64,000 nucleotides of DNA from an uncultured Planctomycetia bacterium. Lineage in GTDB: Bacteria > Omnitrophota > Gorgyraeia > JABMRG01. The stretch is taken from positions 37,861 to 101,860 of the forward strand of contig CAZWMG010000003.1 in assembly GCA_964634945.1 (NCBI GenBank). The letters are read 5' to 3'. Both the position numbers and the translations under genes were made by a program. The notes beneath the pieces were generated by a model, which was not told the origin of the DNA, searched no databases, and saw nothing but the letters and a program-made list of their open reading frames with translations. Positions 27,980-36,865 of this stretch are shown piece after piece (the first letter of the stretch is position 1; the number at the start of each line of letters is the position of its first letter).

Positions 27980-29348
27980 TCCTAAGCAGGATTAAATCAC
28001 CAAATTTTTCAAAACTTAAAAAATCCTGTCCATATCTTTTCTGTATATCTTGCACGCTCTCTTGCCTTGTAATGAAGTAGATCGGCTTATCGGTTCCTTG
28101 AACCATGAAGGCCTTATCTTTTTTCGGTAAAAATACTGTTATATCATTAAAATAAAAGAGATCCTTATTATCAAAGCCACCGTAAAAATAGACTTGCGAA
28201 CCGTTATCATGCAATTCTTTAACGCGGATTGATGCCGCTTTTACATTAGGCGAAAAATCCAATTTAAATGCCTTGGAAAATGGTATCTGTAAACACGCGA
28301 TTATGAGGAATATAGCTATTGCCGCATAAAACAATTTTCCTTTTACAAATTTAGCGATCGCGATACCCGCGGCTAATGCCAGCGCGGGATATATCGGGAT
28401 AATATACCAATGCAGCTTAGTCTTTACCAAAGAAAAAAGCACGTAGCTTGTTACTATCCAACAAGAAAGCAGGATAGGCCCCCTCTCTCTGTATCTTATG
28501 GCCCGGAAAAAAATATAGGCTGATGATATAAACAACAATACGGACCAAGGCTTATTCTTATTAAAAATCGCTTTTTGATAAAAATTTATACCCCCGACAT
28601 GGCCTTCTATCGCCTGTGTAGCCCTGGTAAATATGTGAAAACCGAAATATTTATCTATCTCTCCTATCCCCGCTATTTTGTACTGCACGAAGTACCACAA
28701 CAGGATAAAAAACAGACTCACCGATACGCCGATTATAAAACGGCGGTTGAATATGCACCCTATTTTTTTAGTCAGTATGGAGTAGGCAAATATTACGAAT
28801 ATCCCTAAACAGGAAGCGAAACCTTTCGCGAAATAGGCAAGTCCAAAGGCAAGGCCTGAATAAAAAAGGTATTTAGCGTTATCCTCTCCCCGCAGAAAAA
28901 GATATATCATAAGCGTAATAAAAAAAGTAAGGGTTACATCTAGCATAGCCATTTTAGCGAAATGCAGATAATGCGGCAGGGCTAAAATAACAAGCGCGGA
29001 TACTAGCCCTGTCTTTTTATTTGACACATATGTACCGAATATATAGACCAACATAACGGTCAATATACCAAAGATAGATGATGTTATACGTGAGGTAAAT
29101 TCGCTGATACCGAACAATTTATAAAAGACGGCTGTAGACCACATGCAAAAAGGCGGTTTTTCAAGAAAAGGCTCTCCACCTAAGGTAAGTGTATGCCACA
29201 CATTATTCTGAGCCATCTCCTTTGCGGGGATCATATAAGCGCATTCATCCCAAGTTGTCAGGCTTCCTGAACCGATATTAAACAGGATGTATGCTGTGGC
29301 AAAGACCAACAAAACTAAGAATAGCCTATCTTTAAAGATTGAATTCAT
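27969..29348 (-). CDS. ArnT-family GT-C glycosyltransferase
   Basis: WDE, FLEKPP, GISEF..R, AMLD, AKG, TKLHWYIIPIYP. Confidence 0.88.
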   Translation of the reverse strand: MNSIFKDRLFLVLLVFATAYILFNIGSGSLTTWDECAYMIPAKEMAQNNVWHTLTLGGEPFLEKPPFCMWSTAVFYKLFGISEFTSRITSSIFGILTVMLVYIFGTYVSNKKTGLVSALVILALPHYLHFAKMAMLDVTLTFFITLMIYLFLRGEDNAKYLFYSGLAFGLAYFAKGFASCLGIFVIFAYSILTKKIGCIFNRRFIIGVSVSLFFILLWYFVQYKIAGIGEIDKYFGFHIFTRATQAIEGHVGGINFYQKAIFNKNKPWSVLLFISSAYIFFRAIRYRERGPILLSCWIVTSYVLFSLVKTKLHWYIIPIYPALALAAGIAIAKFVKGKLFYAAIAIFLIIACLQIPFSKAFKLDFSPNVKAASIRVKELHDNGSQVYFYGGFDNKDLFYFNDITVFLPKKDKAFMVQGTDKPIYFITRQESVQDIQKRYGQDFLSFEKFGDLILLRNDE

Positions 29349-29352
29349 TTTT

Positions 29353-29568
29353 TTACGCCAATTCTATACTGCGATGTTTATTAAGCGTGCGTTTAATATA
29401 ACCTTTTTTTTCAAGGGCAAGAAGCTTATCCACGGCGCTCTTATAGGAAACAATGCCACATGCCTGCTGTATCTCTCGTATATACGGCGCATGTTTATTC
29501 TTACCCATATGATCCTTAATAAAAACAAATACTTGCGCCTGTTTCGTTGTCAGCTTTATCTTATCCAT
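29353..29568 (-). CDS. Stand-alone LexA-type DNA-binding domain protein (71 aa, no peptidase domain)
   Basis: KLTTKQAQVFVFI...APYIREIQQACGIVSYKSAVDKLLALEKKGYIKR...RSIEL. Likely ATG at 29568, 2 nt after the upstream stop. Confidence 0.8.
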   Translation of the reverse strand: MDKIKLTTKQAQVFVFIKDHMGKNKHAPYIREIQQACGIVSYKSAVDKLLALEKKGYIKRTLNKHRSIELA

Positions 29569-29570
29569 AG

Positions 29571-30626
29571 CTATACCCAGTCCTCTCCTGTCTGCCTCAA
29601 CCATTCATAGATATCTTCCAGTATCTTTTCTCTGCTTTTCTTAGGGGCCCAATGGTAATCACGGCTTATCTTCCTGTTGTCAGTTATATATACAGGCAGA
29701 TCAAAAGGCCTGTTCTCTTTACGCGAATTAATCCTGATCTTATTGCCTGTTATAGCTTCGCAGAGAGTGGTTGTTTCAAGCAAAGACAACGATACTTTTT
29801 CACCTCCGCCGACATTATAAACCTTTCCATTACCCTTAGGCATATTATTTATCTGGAGGCTCAGCAATTCACAGAGATCGTCTATATGCAAAAGATCTCT
29901 TACCTGCTTGCCCTTGCCGTGGTAACCGATATAGGATAAAGGCCTTTTAAAATAGTGGCGCTTCATCCAGAGGCTAAATACCCCCTGGTCAACCTTGCCG
30001 AATTGCCATGGCCCTGCTATCACCCCGCAGCGGTTGATAATGCCTTTTATGTGGTAATTCCTAATATATTCGGTGATAAGCAACTCACAGGAAAGCTTTG
30101 TTGCCCCATATAGGCTTTTTGGGCCTTCAAGAGAAAAATCAGTATCAATCCCTTTACCTGAGAAGCCAACGCGTTTTTGATTATCCCTCCAAACAAATCT
30201 GGTCTTTTCCTCTTTTATCTTTAAGTCCGCTATCGCTTCATAAGGGTATACCCTGCTTGTTGATAGAAAAATAAAATCCGCTCTCTTTTTTCTTGCCAAT
30301 TCAAGGCAGTTTATTGTACCTATCAGGTTTGTATTGATAACATATTCCGGACTTACTGTAATGTCAGCAAGTACTGACGGCTCTGCTGAAGCCTCTATGA
30401 TAAGATCTATCTCCCTGCCTATCGCGAGGTCTTCCTTGCAGCGTATGTCGCCATGGAGAAAAGAAACCCCTTCGCTCTTTAGCCTTTTAATATTGAGCTC
30501 AGAACCCCTTCTCATCAAATTATCCAGCGCTATTATGTTAGCCTTAGGGTGTATCTTCTTAAGATAAACCGCTATATTGCTGCCTATAAAACCCGCCCCG
30601 CCTGTTATAAGAATATCTTTATACAT
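29571..30626 (-). CDS. NAD-dependent epimerase/dehydratase (CDP-tyvelose 2-epimerase/RfbE-like)
   Basis: [52 protein letters not shown]. Confidence 0.85.
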   Translation of the reverse strand: MYKDILITGGAGFIGSNIAVYLKKIHPKANIIALDNLMRRGSELNIKRLKSEGVSFLHGDIRCKEDLAIGREIDLIIEASAEPSVLADITVSPEYVINTNLIGTINCLELARKKRADFIFLSTSRVYPYEAIADLKIKEEKTRFVWRDNQKRVGFSGKGIDTDFSLEGPKSLYGATKLSCELLITEYIRNYHIKGIINRCGVIAGPWQFGKVDQGVFSLWMKRHYFKRPLSYIGYHGKGKQVRDLLHIDDLCELLSLQINNMPKGNGKVYNVGGGEKVSLSLLETTTLCEAITGNKIRINSRKENRPFDLPVYITDNRKISRDYHWAPKKSREKILEDIYEWLRQTGEDWV

Positions 30627-31674
30627 CGATCCTGGCCTCCATCTCTTTACACATGCGCTTTAATATCTTATCTATGTCATAAGCAAAATTCCACTTCGGA
30701 TAATGGTTCTTGAACTTAGATATATCAGATATATACCAGATATGGTCACCTATCCTCTGCTTTTGTGAATATTCAATATTAGCCTTTTTATTAGTAATAG
30801 CCTCTATCTTTTTTATGGCCTCGAGCATTGATATATTAGAATACCTTGAACCACCTATATTATAGACCTCACCCACCCTTGGATTATTGTAAAAATAATA
30901 AAACGCGTTTACCAGATCATAAGAATCTATATTATCTCTGACCTGTTTGCCTTTATATCCATTTATGGTATACTTTTCACCCTTTATAATACATCTTATC
31001 AAATATGCCAGAAACCCATGCAATTTAGCGCCGGAATGGCACGGGCCGGTTAAACACCCTCCCCTAAAAGAGGCTGTCTTTAGATTAAAATATCTACCAT
31101 ACTCCTGGACAAGCAGGTCAGCCGCTGCTTTTGAAACCCCAAAGAGACTATGGGTAGAATTATCTATGCTCATTGTCTCATCAATACCTTTATAAAATCT
31201 ATGCTCTTTGCCAAGCTCATATCTGGAGTCAGTCTCAATCAGAGGAAGTTTATTAGGGGTATCTCCGTAAACCTTATTCGTTGATGTAAAGATAAATACC
31301 GCCTCAGGGCAATAGCGCCTGAAGGCCTCTAACAGGATCAGTGTGCCGTTAGCGTTAACAGTAAAATCTGTCTCAGGCGAAGATGCTGCCCAATCATGGG
31401 ATGGTTGCGCCGCTGTATGAATAATGAGGTCAAATTTATAGCGCGTAAAGATCTCGTCAACCTTAGCCTTATCCCTTATATCTATTTCATGGTGGAGATA
31501 ACCAGGGACTTCCTTGATAAGAAGGTCTCTATTCCATAAGGTACTGGCTTCATCACCAAAAAAGGCCTTACGCATATCATTATCAATGCCCACAACTTCA
31601 AAGCCTTTTTGAGAGAAGAATCTTACCGCTTCAGACCCTATCAAGCCTGCTGAACCTGTTACTAGTATCTTCAT
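30619..31674 (-). CDS. NAD-dependent epimerase/dehydratase (RfbE-like paralog with FxxxK in place of YxxxK)
   Basis: [47 protein letters not shown]. Confidence 0.85.
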   Translation of the reverse strand: MKILVTGSAGLIGSEAVRFFSQKGFEVVGIDNDMRKAFFGDEASTLWNRDLLIKEVPGYLHHEIDIRDKAKVDEIFTRYKFDLIIHTAAQPSHDWAASSPETDFTVNANGTLILLEAFRRYCPEAVFIFTSTNKVYGDTPNKLPLIETDSRYELGKEHRFYKGIDETMSIDNSTHSLFGVSKAAADLLVQEYGRYFNLKTASFRGGCLTGPCHSGAKLHGFLAYLIRCIIKGEKYTINGYKGKQVRDNIDSYDLVNAFYYFYNNPRVGEVYNIGGSRYSNISMLEAIKKIEAITNKKANIEYSQKQRIGDHIWYISDISKFKNHYPKWNFAYDIDKILKRMCKEMEARIDV

Positions 31675-31693
31675 ATCAAAATATCCTTTAGCA

Positions 31694-31852
31694 TTAAAAG
31701 AGCGTGTAAATAAACGGTGCGACTGCTGAAGATTCAGTAAAAATAATTAGAAACCCTAAGAGCAACAATACAATAATAATCGGGGCAAGCCACCAACGTT
31801 TTCTCACCTTCATAAAATCCCATAGTTCTTTCAATACGCCTATCTTTCCCAT
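31694..31852 (-). CDS. SxtK/DUF5989-like small membrane protein
   Basis: [27 protein letters not shown]...[21 protein letters not shown] precedes ATG at 31852. Confidence 0.88.
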   Translation of the reverse strand: MGKIGVLKELWDFMKVRKRWWLAPIIIVLLLLGFLIIFTESSAVAPFIYTLF

Positions 31853-31870
31853 GTTATTCTCCTTTATTAC

Positions 31871-31910
31871 AGTTAAAAAGTTCAAAAGCTTTAAAGGTTA
31901 AAAGGTTGTA
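31871..31910. repeat. Degenerate 8-bp tandem repeat (5 units)
   Basis: agttaaaa agttcaaa agctttaa aggttaaa aggttgta, in the intergenic gap downstream of the SxtJ-like gene. Confidence 0.5.
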
Positions 31911-31942
31911 TACTAAACTTCTCCCTTTGCTTTTTACTTTAT

Positions 31943-32317
31943 TCAATACTGTTTTTCAAATGTCGCAACATCGTCTTCTCTGTCTCTGCCAATCCAATAT
32001 GAATCTCTTTCTCTATCAATATCCCTATCAAGGGTATCTTTCTTAAGAATTCTCATAACTATACCTATAGGGGTAATAACTATAAAAAATATTATTGATA
32101 AAAAAACAGATACAATGAGCCCCCCTATCACATCTGTTATCCGCTTAAATATATTTGGTAGAAATCCCCCTACTATAAATAAAAATCCAGCTAAGAAATA
32201 AAGAAATCTGTAAAACCCTGTATGCCCTTTAATCAAATGCAGGGTAGCTATAAGAGTTAAGACAAGCCCGCCGATTATAGCATTTCTTCTTATTTTATTT
32301 GTTTCAATCTTATTCAT
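31943..32317 (-). CDS. SxtJ-family membrane protein
   Basis: TM-rich, with IFFIVITPIGIVMRILKKD.L...SYWI.R...FEKQY signature. Likely start MNKIE at 32317; the ORF-track extension is the translated repeat. Confidence 0.85.
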   Translation of the reverse strand: MNKIETNKIRRNAIIGGLVLTLIATLHLIKGHTGFYRFLYFLAGFLFIVGGFLPNIFKRITDVIGGLIVSVFLSIIFFIVITPIGIVMRILKKDTLDRDIDRERDSYWIGRDREDDVATFEKQY

Positions 32318-32318
32318 C

Positions 32319-32354
32319 GTAACCTTTGTAACCTCTGTAACCTTTGTAACCTCA
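32319..32354. repeat. 9-bp tandem repeat x4
   Basis: gtaaccttt gtaacctct gtaaccttt gtaacctca, nearly filling the gap between the carbamoyltransferase and the SxtJ-like gene. Confidence 0.9.
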
Positions 32355-32357
32355 ATA

Positions 32358-34187
32358 TCAGTCCGGCTCAAACTCACTTAAATCTCCCACCTGTATCTCT
32401 GAAGAATTTTGATCTCTCTTATCCAAAAGAAAATTGCCCATAACAAGGTAATCCATATTAGTTCTCATAAAACATTTATAAGCATCTTCCGGGGAGCAGA
32501 CCACGGGCTCGCCCCTAACATTAAAAGATGTGTTTATAACCACAGGAGATCCTGTTAATTTATAAAATTCATCTATCATATCATAATATCGCGGATTATC
32601 GCCTCTCTTTATTGTCTGCACCCTTGCCGAATAATCAACATGCGTTATGGCCGGAACATCAGAGCGTTTTATTTTAAGCTTTTCAATACCAAATAGCTTC
32701 TTCTGCTCCTGATTAAGAGGTAAACGCCTCTCCTCTTTAATAGAAGCCACCAAAAGCATGTACTGGCTTTCGCAATTTAAGTCAAAATAGTCCTGAGCAT
32801 GTTCTAATAATATTGTGGGCGCGAACGGCCTGAACGACTCTCTAAATTTTATCTTTTGATTGATTATAGATTGCATGGCTGCTGAACGCGCGTCGCCTAA
32901 TATAGAACGGGCGCCTAAAGCCCTTGGCCCATACTCCATTCTTCCTTGAAACCACCCCAAAACCTTCTGATCGGATATTATTTGAGCCGCGCACTTAGGC
33001 ATATCCTTGGCACTTAATTTTTCATATTTAATATTATTTTTCTTTAGATAAGATTCTATTTCACTATCGCTAAAGGAGGGGCCCAGCAAGGCCGCCTTCA
33101 TTGAATCAGAAAAACCATCAACTATTCTCTCTTTTTTCAGATATCCGTGCCATATCGCTAATGCCGCGCCTAAGGCGCCGCCTGCATCTGATGCGGAAGG
33201 CTGTATCCATATATTTTCAAATATATCTTTCTGTAATATTCTTCCATTAGCTACGCAATTTAGCGCAACCCCTCCTGCCAAACAGAGGTTTTTTTGTTTT
33301 GTCTTGGTTCTAATGTGGCTTGCTATCTTAAGGACAACATCCTCTGTAACCTGCTGTATGGAAGCAGCTATATCCATATGACGCTGCTCTAAATCGCTTA
33401 CATCGGGCTCTCTAGCGGGACCACCAAATAACTTATCAAAGCGCTTGTTGGTCATAGTAAGCCCTGTGCAGTAATTAAAGTAGCTCATATCCAGTTTAAA
33501 AGAACCGTCTTCCTTGATATCTATGAGTTTTTCCTTTATCAAATCAGCGTACTTAGGCTCACCATACGGCGCGAGCCCCATAAGCTTATACTCACCGGAG
33601 TTAACCTTAAAACCTATATAATAAGTAAACGCCGAGTACAAGAGCCCTAAAGAATGCGGAAACTTAAGCTCCGCTAATATGCTGATATCCTTGCCTTTTC
33701 CAATGCCATAGCTCGCGGTCGCCCATTCACCAACACCATCTATGGTGAGTATAGCCGCTTCTTTAAATGGCGATGGATAAAACGCGCTTGCCGCATGTGA
33801 TTGGTGGTGCTCAGGGAACAAGACCTTAGAATGGCATTTAAGCTTACCCTCAATAAAACTTCTCATAAATATCTTATGCTTAATCCATGGCGGCATGGCT
33901 AATAGAAATGATTTTAAACCGGACGGGGCATAGCTTAGATAAGTCATAAGAAGTCTCTCGAACTTTATAAATGGCTTATCATAAAAAGCGACATAATCTA
34001 TATCGGAAGTAGCAATGCCTGCTTCTTTCATGCAATAGTCTATGGCTAATTGTGGAAAACCATGATCATGCTTTTTGCGGCTGAAGCGCTCTTCTTGGAC
34101 AGCTGCTATTATTTCGCCATCCCTTATCAGGGCAGCTGCGGAATCATGATAAAACGCGGATATTCCTAATATGTAGGTAGGTTTCAT
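32358..34187 (-). CDS. O-carbamoyltransferase (NodU/CmcH/SxtI family)
   Basis: ILGISAFYHDSAA, QEERFSRKKH, EHHQSHAASAF, GEYKLMGLAPYG, AGGVALNCVAN, GPRALGARSIL, KFRESFRPFAP, NTSFNVRGEP. Confidence 0.96.
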   Translation of the reverse strand: MKPTYILGISAFYHDSAAALIRDGEIIAAVQEERFSRKKHDHGFPQLAIDYCMKEAGIATSDIDYVAFYDKPFIKFERLLMTYLSYAPSGLKSFLLAMPPWIKHKIFMRSFIEGKLKCHSKVLFPEHHQSHAASAFYPSPFKEAAILTIDGVGEWATASYGIGKGKDISILAELKFPHSLGLLYSAFTYYIGFKVNSGEYKLMGLAPYGEPKYADLIKEKLIDIKEDGSFKLDMSYFNYCTGLTMTNKRFDKLFGGPAREPDVSDLEQRHMDIAASIQQVTEDVVLKIASHIRTKTKQKNLCLAGGVALNCVANGRILQKDIFENIWIQPSASDAGGALGAALAIWHGYLKKERIVDGFSDSMKAALLGPSFSDSEIESYLKKNNIKYEKLSAKDMPKCAAQIISDQKVLGWFQGRMEYGPRALGARSILGDARSAAMQSIINQKIKFRESFRPFAPTILLEHAQDYFDLNCESQYMLLVASIKEERRLPLNQEQKKLFGIEKLKIKRSDVPAITHVDYSARVQTIKRGDNPRYYDMIDEFYKLTGSPVVINTSFNVRGEPVVCSPEDAYKCFMRTNMDYLVMGNFLLDKRDQNSSEIQVGDLSEFEPD

Positions 34188-34223
34188 TATATTATACTAT
34201 ACATTAAATCTGTTTTTTTGCTT

Positions 34224-34772
34224 TTATTTGGTAAAATAACCCTTGTCAGTGATAATATGAAACACTTTCTCAATACTTTCTTCCACGGATTCCTTGTCTG
34301 TCTCAAGCACTAGCTCAGGGTCAGTCGGCTCTTCAAACGGGTCATCGACACCTGTAAAATTGACTATATCGCCATTCATCGCCTTTTTATACATACCCTT
34401 TACATCACGTTCTTTACATACCTCAACAGGACATTTCACATAAATTTCAATAAAATTTGAGGTATTATCTCTGGCATTTTGACGTTTTTTCCTATAGGGC
34501 GAAACAAAAGAGACGAGTGTCGCGACATTGTTTCTTGAAAGGAGCTTCGCCACAAAAGTCACTCTTTCGATATTCTCGTCTCTATCTTCTTTGGAAAAAC
34601 CAAGGTCACGAGTTAAGCTCTGGCGCACTATATCGCCATCAAGCATCTCCGCTCTTGTGCCTTGCGCCTTTAGCCTCTTTAAAACAGCATTGGCAATAGT
34701 CGTCTTTCCTGAGCACGGAAGGCCCGTAAACCAAAGGGTAAAACCTGCGTTATTACTCTTATTCATAAGCAC
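34224..34772 (-). CDS. cysC: Adenylyl-sulfate (APS) kinase
   Basis: WFTGLPCSGKTT, LDGD.VR, LGFSKEDR, SPY, RDVKGMY, FTGVDDPFEEP. Confidence 0.95.
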   Translation of the reverse strand: MLMNKSNNAGFTLWFTGLPCSGKTTIANAVLKRLKAQGTRAEMLDGDIVRQSLTRDLGFSKEDRDENIERVTFVAKLLSRNNVATLVSFVSPYRKKRQNARDNTSNFIEIYVKCPVEVCKERDVKGMYKKAMNGDIVNFTGVDDPFEEPTDPELVLETDKESVEESIEKVFHIITDKGYFTK

Positions 34773-34808
34773 GCCTTTCTATACTAGTAAATCATATTAT
34801 TAGTAGAA

Positions 34809-34837
34809 ATATTACCATATTTCCATATCATAGTCAA
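34809..34837 (-). promoter_or_regulatory. Leftward sigma70-like promoter (cysC-carbamoyltransferase operon)
   Basis: TTGACT (34837-34832), 17 bp, TAATAT (34814-34809), with an extended TG motif. Confidence 0.55.
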
Positions 34838-34847
34838 TATTTTATAG

Positions 34848-34877
34848 TTGATAAAAACCTGCTTAATGTGCTATAAT
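34848..34877 (+). promoter_or_regulatory. Rightward sigma70-like promoter (divergent)
   Basis: TTGATA (34848-53), 18 bp, TATAAT (34872-77) with extended -10 TGn. AAGGA RBS lies before ATG 34903. Confidence 0.65.
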
Positions 34878-34902
34878 TTTAACAAATGCAAAGGAAAAAA
34901 TT

Positions 34903-35625
34903 ATGGACTTATCTATTGTAATACCCGCCTTTAATGAAGAGGCTCACCTCTCTTCTACATTCAAGGATATAGCGCAACACTTAAAGGCCAGGGCCTATAG
35001 CTATGAAGTGATAGTGGTAGATGACGGCTCGACAGACAATACAGCTAAGATAATAACCTCAGGCTCGGAAATATTTGAATCCTTTACAAGCCTTAAGAAT
35101 TCATTGAACCAAGGCAAAGGCTATTCTGTAAAAAAAGGCGTCCTGGCCGCACAAGGAGATTACGTACTGTTTATGGACGCTGATAACTCAACGCGCATAG
35201 ATCAGCTGGAAAAATTAATGCTTGGTATGAGGCAGGGCTTTGATATCGCTATGGGCTCAAGGCGCATACATGGGGCGGAAGTCGCGGCTTCACAACCATT
35301 TTACCGAATATTCTTAGGCAATATATATATACTGCTTTCCAAGCTAATCCTGCAATCCAATGTGCAGGATTATAATTGCGGTTTTAAATTATATAAAAAA
35401 GAGGCCGCAAGACTCATATTCTCAAGGCTTACAATGAATAATTGGAGTTTTGATTCCGAGCTTATCTTCCTAATATCTAAGTTTAATCTCAACGCAATAG
35501 AGGTTCCTGTTAAATGGGTCGATAAGAGCAAGACCTCAAAAGTAAGGCCCTTACAGGATGGCATCAACTCCCTGCTCAGCCTCTTCGCAATCCGATTAAA
35601 CACTATTAGAAAAGTCTATGAATAA
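34903..35625 (+). CDS. GT2, dolichyl-phosphate beta-glucosyltransferase (ALG5-like)
   Basis: IPAFNEE, VDDGSTD, NQGKG, FMDADNST, MGSR, DYNCGFKLY, WSFDSE; paralog of 27257-27979. Confidence 0.9.
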   Translation: MDLSIVIPAFNEEAHLSSTFKDIAQHLKARAYSYEVIVVDDGSTDNTAKIITSGSEIFESFTSLKNSLNQGKGYSVKKGVLAAQGDYVLFMDADNSTRIDQLEKLMLGMRQGFDIAMGSRRIHGAEVAASQPFYRIFLGNIYILLSKLILQSNVQDYNCGFKLYKKEAARLIFSRLTMNNWSFDSELIFLISKFNLNAIEVPVKWVDKSKTSKVRPLQDGINSLLSLFAIRLNTIRKVYE

Positions 35626-35639
35626 CATAAGGAATATTG

Positions 35640-35668
35640 TTGACAAAGACTCAATTTTCGCCTAAAAT
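35640..35668 (+). promoter_or_regulatory. Sigma70 promoter predicting a leaderless transcript
   Basis: TTGACA (35640-45), 17 bp, TAAAAT (35663-68). The ATG lies 7 nt later and there is no SD. Confidence 0.7.
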
Positions 35669-35675
35669 GTAAACC

Positions 35676-36860
35676 ATGAAATACATACCTCGCTTACAAG
35701 AAAAAGTTATTGCCGAATCAATACAACGCGGTAAGAGCGTCCTTCTACTGGGAGCAAGGCAAACAGGCAAAACAACTCTCATAAACAGGTTAAAGCACGA
35801 TCTTTCAATCTCACTAGTTCGTCCGGATATTAGGCAAAGATATGAAAAGGAACCTCAACTCTTGTCCGGTGAAGCAGAAGCTATAAATAAAAAAAGCACT
35901 AAAAGCAAACCTTTAATCCTGCTTGACGAGGTGCAAAAGGCACCCAAGCTTTTAGACGTGGCTCAAGATATTATCGACCGCGGCATAGCGAACTTCGTCT
36001 TTACAGGTTCATCAGCAAGAAAACTCTACAGGGACACAAAAATAAATCTGCTACCGGGCAGGGTAGTGAACTGCAGATTAGCCCCCTTTATACTGCGTGA
36101 GATTGGAGCTAATAATCTAAAAGAAGTCCTTCTCTTCGGTACGCTTCCCGGGATTATGGCAACTGATAAACCAAGGCATAAAGAAATCGATTTGGAATCT
36201 TATGTCACCATATACCTTGAAGAAGAAGTGCGGACAGAAGCACTTGTGCGAAATATCGGCTCATTTGCGCGCTTCTTGGAGTATGCCGCATCGGAATCCG
36301 GCAATATCGTCAATTTTAGAAAGCTCTCTCAGGAAATCGGAGTCTCGCATACCACAATAAAAGAATATTATCAAATTCTTGAAGATTGCCTAATTATAGA
36401 GAGAGTAGATCCTCTTACACAAAGCCGCACAAGAAAAAGGCTTACTAAATCCAGCAGATATTTGTTCTTTGACATGGGCGTGAGAAGAGCGGCTGCTGGT
36501 GAAGGGGTAAAACTACCTAGAGAACGTTTCGGCAATCTTTTAGAACAGTTCGTAGGACTTGAGCTTATCCGCTGCGCACGCTTAGCAAATAATAAAACAA
36601 AAATACTTTTCTGGCGCGATCCTGATGGGCCTGAAGTAGACTGGATAATAGAGCAGGATGGCTCTTATATCCCTATTGAGGTGAAATGGTCTGACGCCCC
36701 ATCCAAAAAAAATATAAAACATCTTAAGGTTTTCCTTGCTGAGTATAGCAAAAAAGCAGAAATAGCTTATCTGGTATGTCAAGTCCCCAGAAAAGTTAAG
36801 CTTGATAAAAATATCTTTGCTATTCCATGGCAAGAGATTAACACCTTAATACTCAATTAA
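35676..36860 (+). CDS. AAA+ ATPase with DUF4143 and C-terminal PD-(D/E)xK-like domain
   Basis: Walker A GARQTGKTT, Walker B LLDEVQ, TGSS, LPGR, YLFFDMG, EVDW...IPIEVK. Confidence 0.9.
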   Translation: MKYIPRLQEKVIAESIQRGKSVLLLGARQTGKTTLINRLKHDLSISLVRPDIRQRYEKEPQLLSGEAEAINKKSTKSKPLILLDEVQKAPKLLDVAQDIIDRGIANFVFTGSSARKLYRDTKINLLPGRVVNCRLAPFILREIGANNLKEVLLFGTLPGIMATDKPRHKEIDLESYVTIYLEEEVRTEALVRNIGSFARFLEYAASESGNIVNFRKLSQEIGVSHTTIKEYYQILEDCLIIERVDPLTQSRTRKRLTKSSRYLFFDMGVRRAAAGEGVKLPRERFGNLLEQFVGLELIRCARLANNKTKILFWRDPDGPEVDWIIEQDGSYIPIEVKWSDAPSKKNIKHLKVFLAEYSKKAEIAYLVCQVPRKVKLDKNIFAIPWQEINTLILN

Positions 36861-36865
36861 AGCGT

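Noticed and set aside
29353-29604. Canonical SOS repressor lexA
   Set aside because: The protein lacks the C-terminal peptidase/dimerisation domain and cleavage site, so the symbol was not assigned.
32319-32354. CRISPR array, or a coding VTKVTE repeat at the SxtJ N-terminus
   Set aside because: The units are 9 bp with no spacers and no cas genes. A better ATG lies right after the repeat, at 32317.
34188-34223. Internal promoter before the carbamoyltransferase (TATAAT 3 nt before the ATG)
   Set aside because: There is no credible -35 at 16-18 bp, the -10 is too close to the start codon, and a chance match is likely in AT-rich DNA.
31694-34772. Saxitoxin biosynthesis cluster
   Set aside because: Only sxtI/J/K- and sxtO-like genes are present. 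There are no sxtA, sxtG, sxtB or other core genes, and the context is glycosyltransferases.
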